Below are positions 56,467-56,486 of a DNA stretch of 56,486 nt, piece after piece. Position numbers and translations under genes: made by a program. The stretch lies in assembly GCA_964448115.1 (NCBI GenBank), contig CAYUVA010000028.1, positions 1-56,486 on the forward strand, written 5' to 3'. Each line of letters begins with the position of its first letter. Positions within the stretch are counted from its first letter, which is position 1. This DNA is from an uncultured bacterium (GTDB lineage Bacteria; CAYUVA01). The notes beneath the pieces are model-generated. The model was not told the origin of the DNA. It worked only from the letters and a program-made list of their open reading frames with translations, and did no database searches.

Positions 56467-56486
56467 CCCTCGCCCCTGGGGCTGCA

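Overview
Gene-dense chromosomal window (roughly 50% GC by eye) from an anaerobic, probably diderm bacterium; no rRNA, tRNA, cas or transposase genes were recognised. Left to right: (i) a 5'-truncated secreted beta-helix/FN3/Thr-Pro-linker protein and a class II cytochrome c; (ii) a glycan-tailoring cluster (FAD oxidoreductase, two GT2, radical SAM, carbamoyltransferase, methyltransferase) with a beta-barrel, GT4, ispE, phosphomannomutase and GT87; (iii) isolated gspG-H-I pseudopilins; (iv) nadE and a PTS set (ptsN-ptsH-ptsI) with an atypical HPr; (v) a STAND-like NTPase-TPR protein paired with a membrane protein; (vi) a sigma54-controlled Hmc/DsrMK-like redox complex whose NrfD subunit is fused to a six-haem cytochrome, followed by two receivers and a PAS kinase; (vii) a BtrH-like protein, an S8 protease, an MFS transporter, a parS-like site and a PEP-utiliser; (viii) a DPM1-like GT2 and a 2065-aa PMT/DUF2298/NHL fusion; (ix) a CRISPR array at the right edge, likely transcribed from the minus strand. 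The most notable signals are a shared tandem C-terminal 'WPY' domain on two unrelated secreted proteins (candidate sorting/anchoring module), a dispersed CGCAAAG/AACCAC repeat family that also enters gene 5' ends, CRISPR spacers that look like RBS+start-codon mRNA sequence, and two genes that appear to need non-canonical start codons. All calls come from motif reading; no database search was run.
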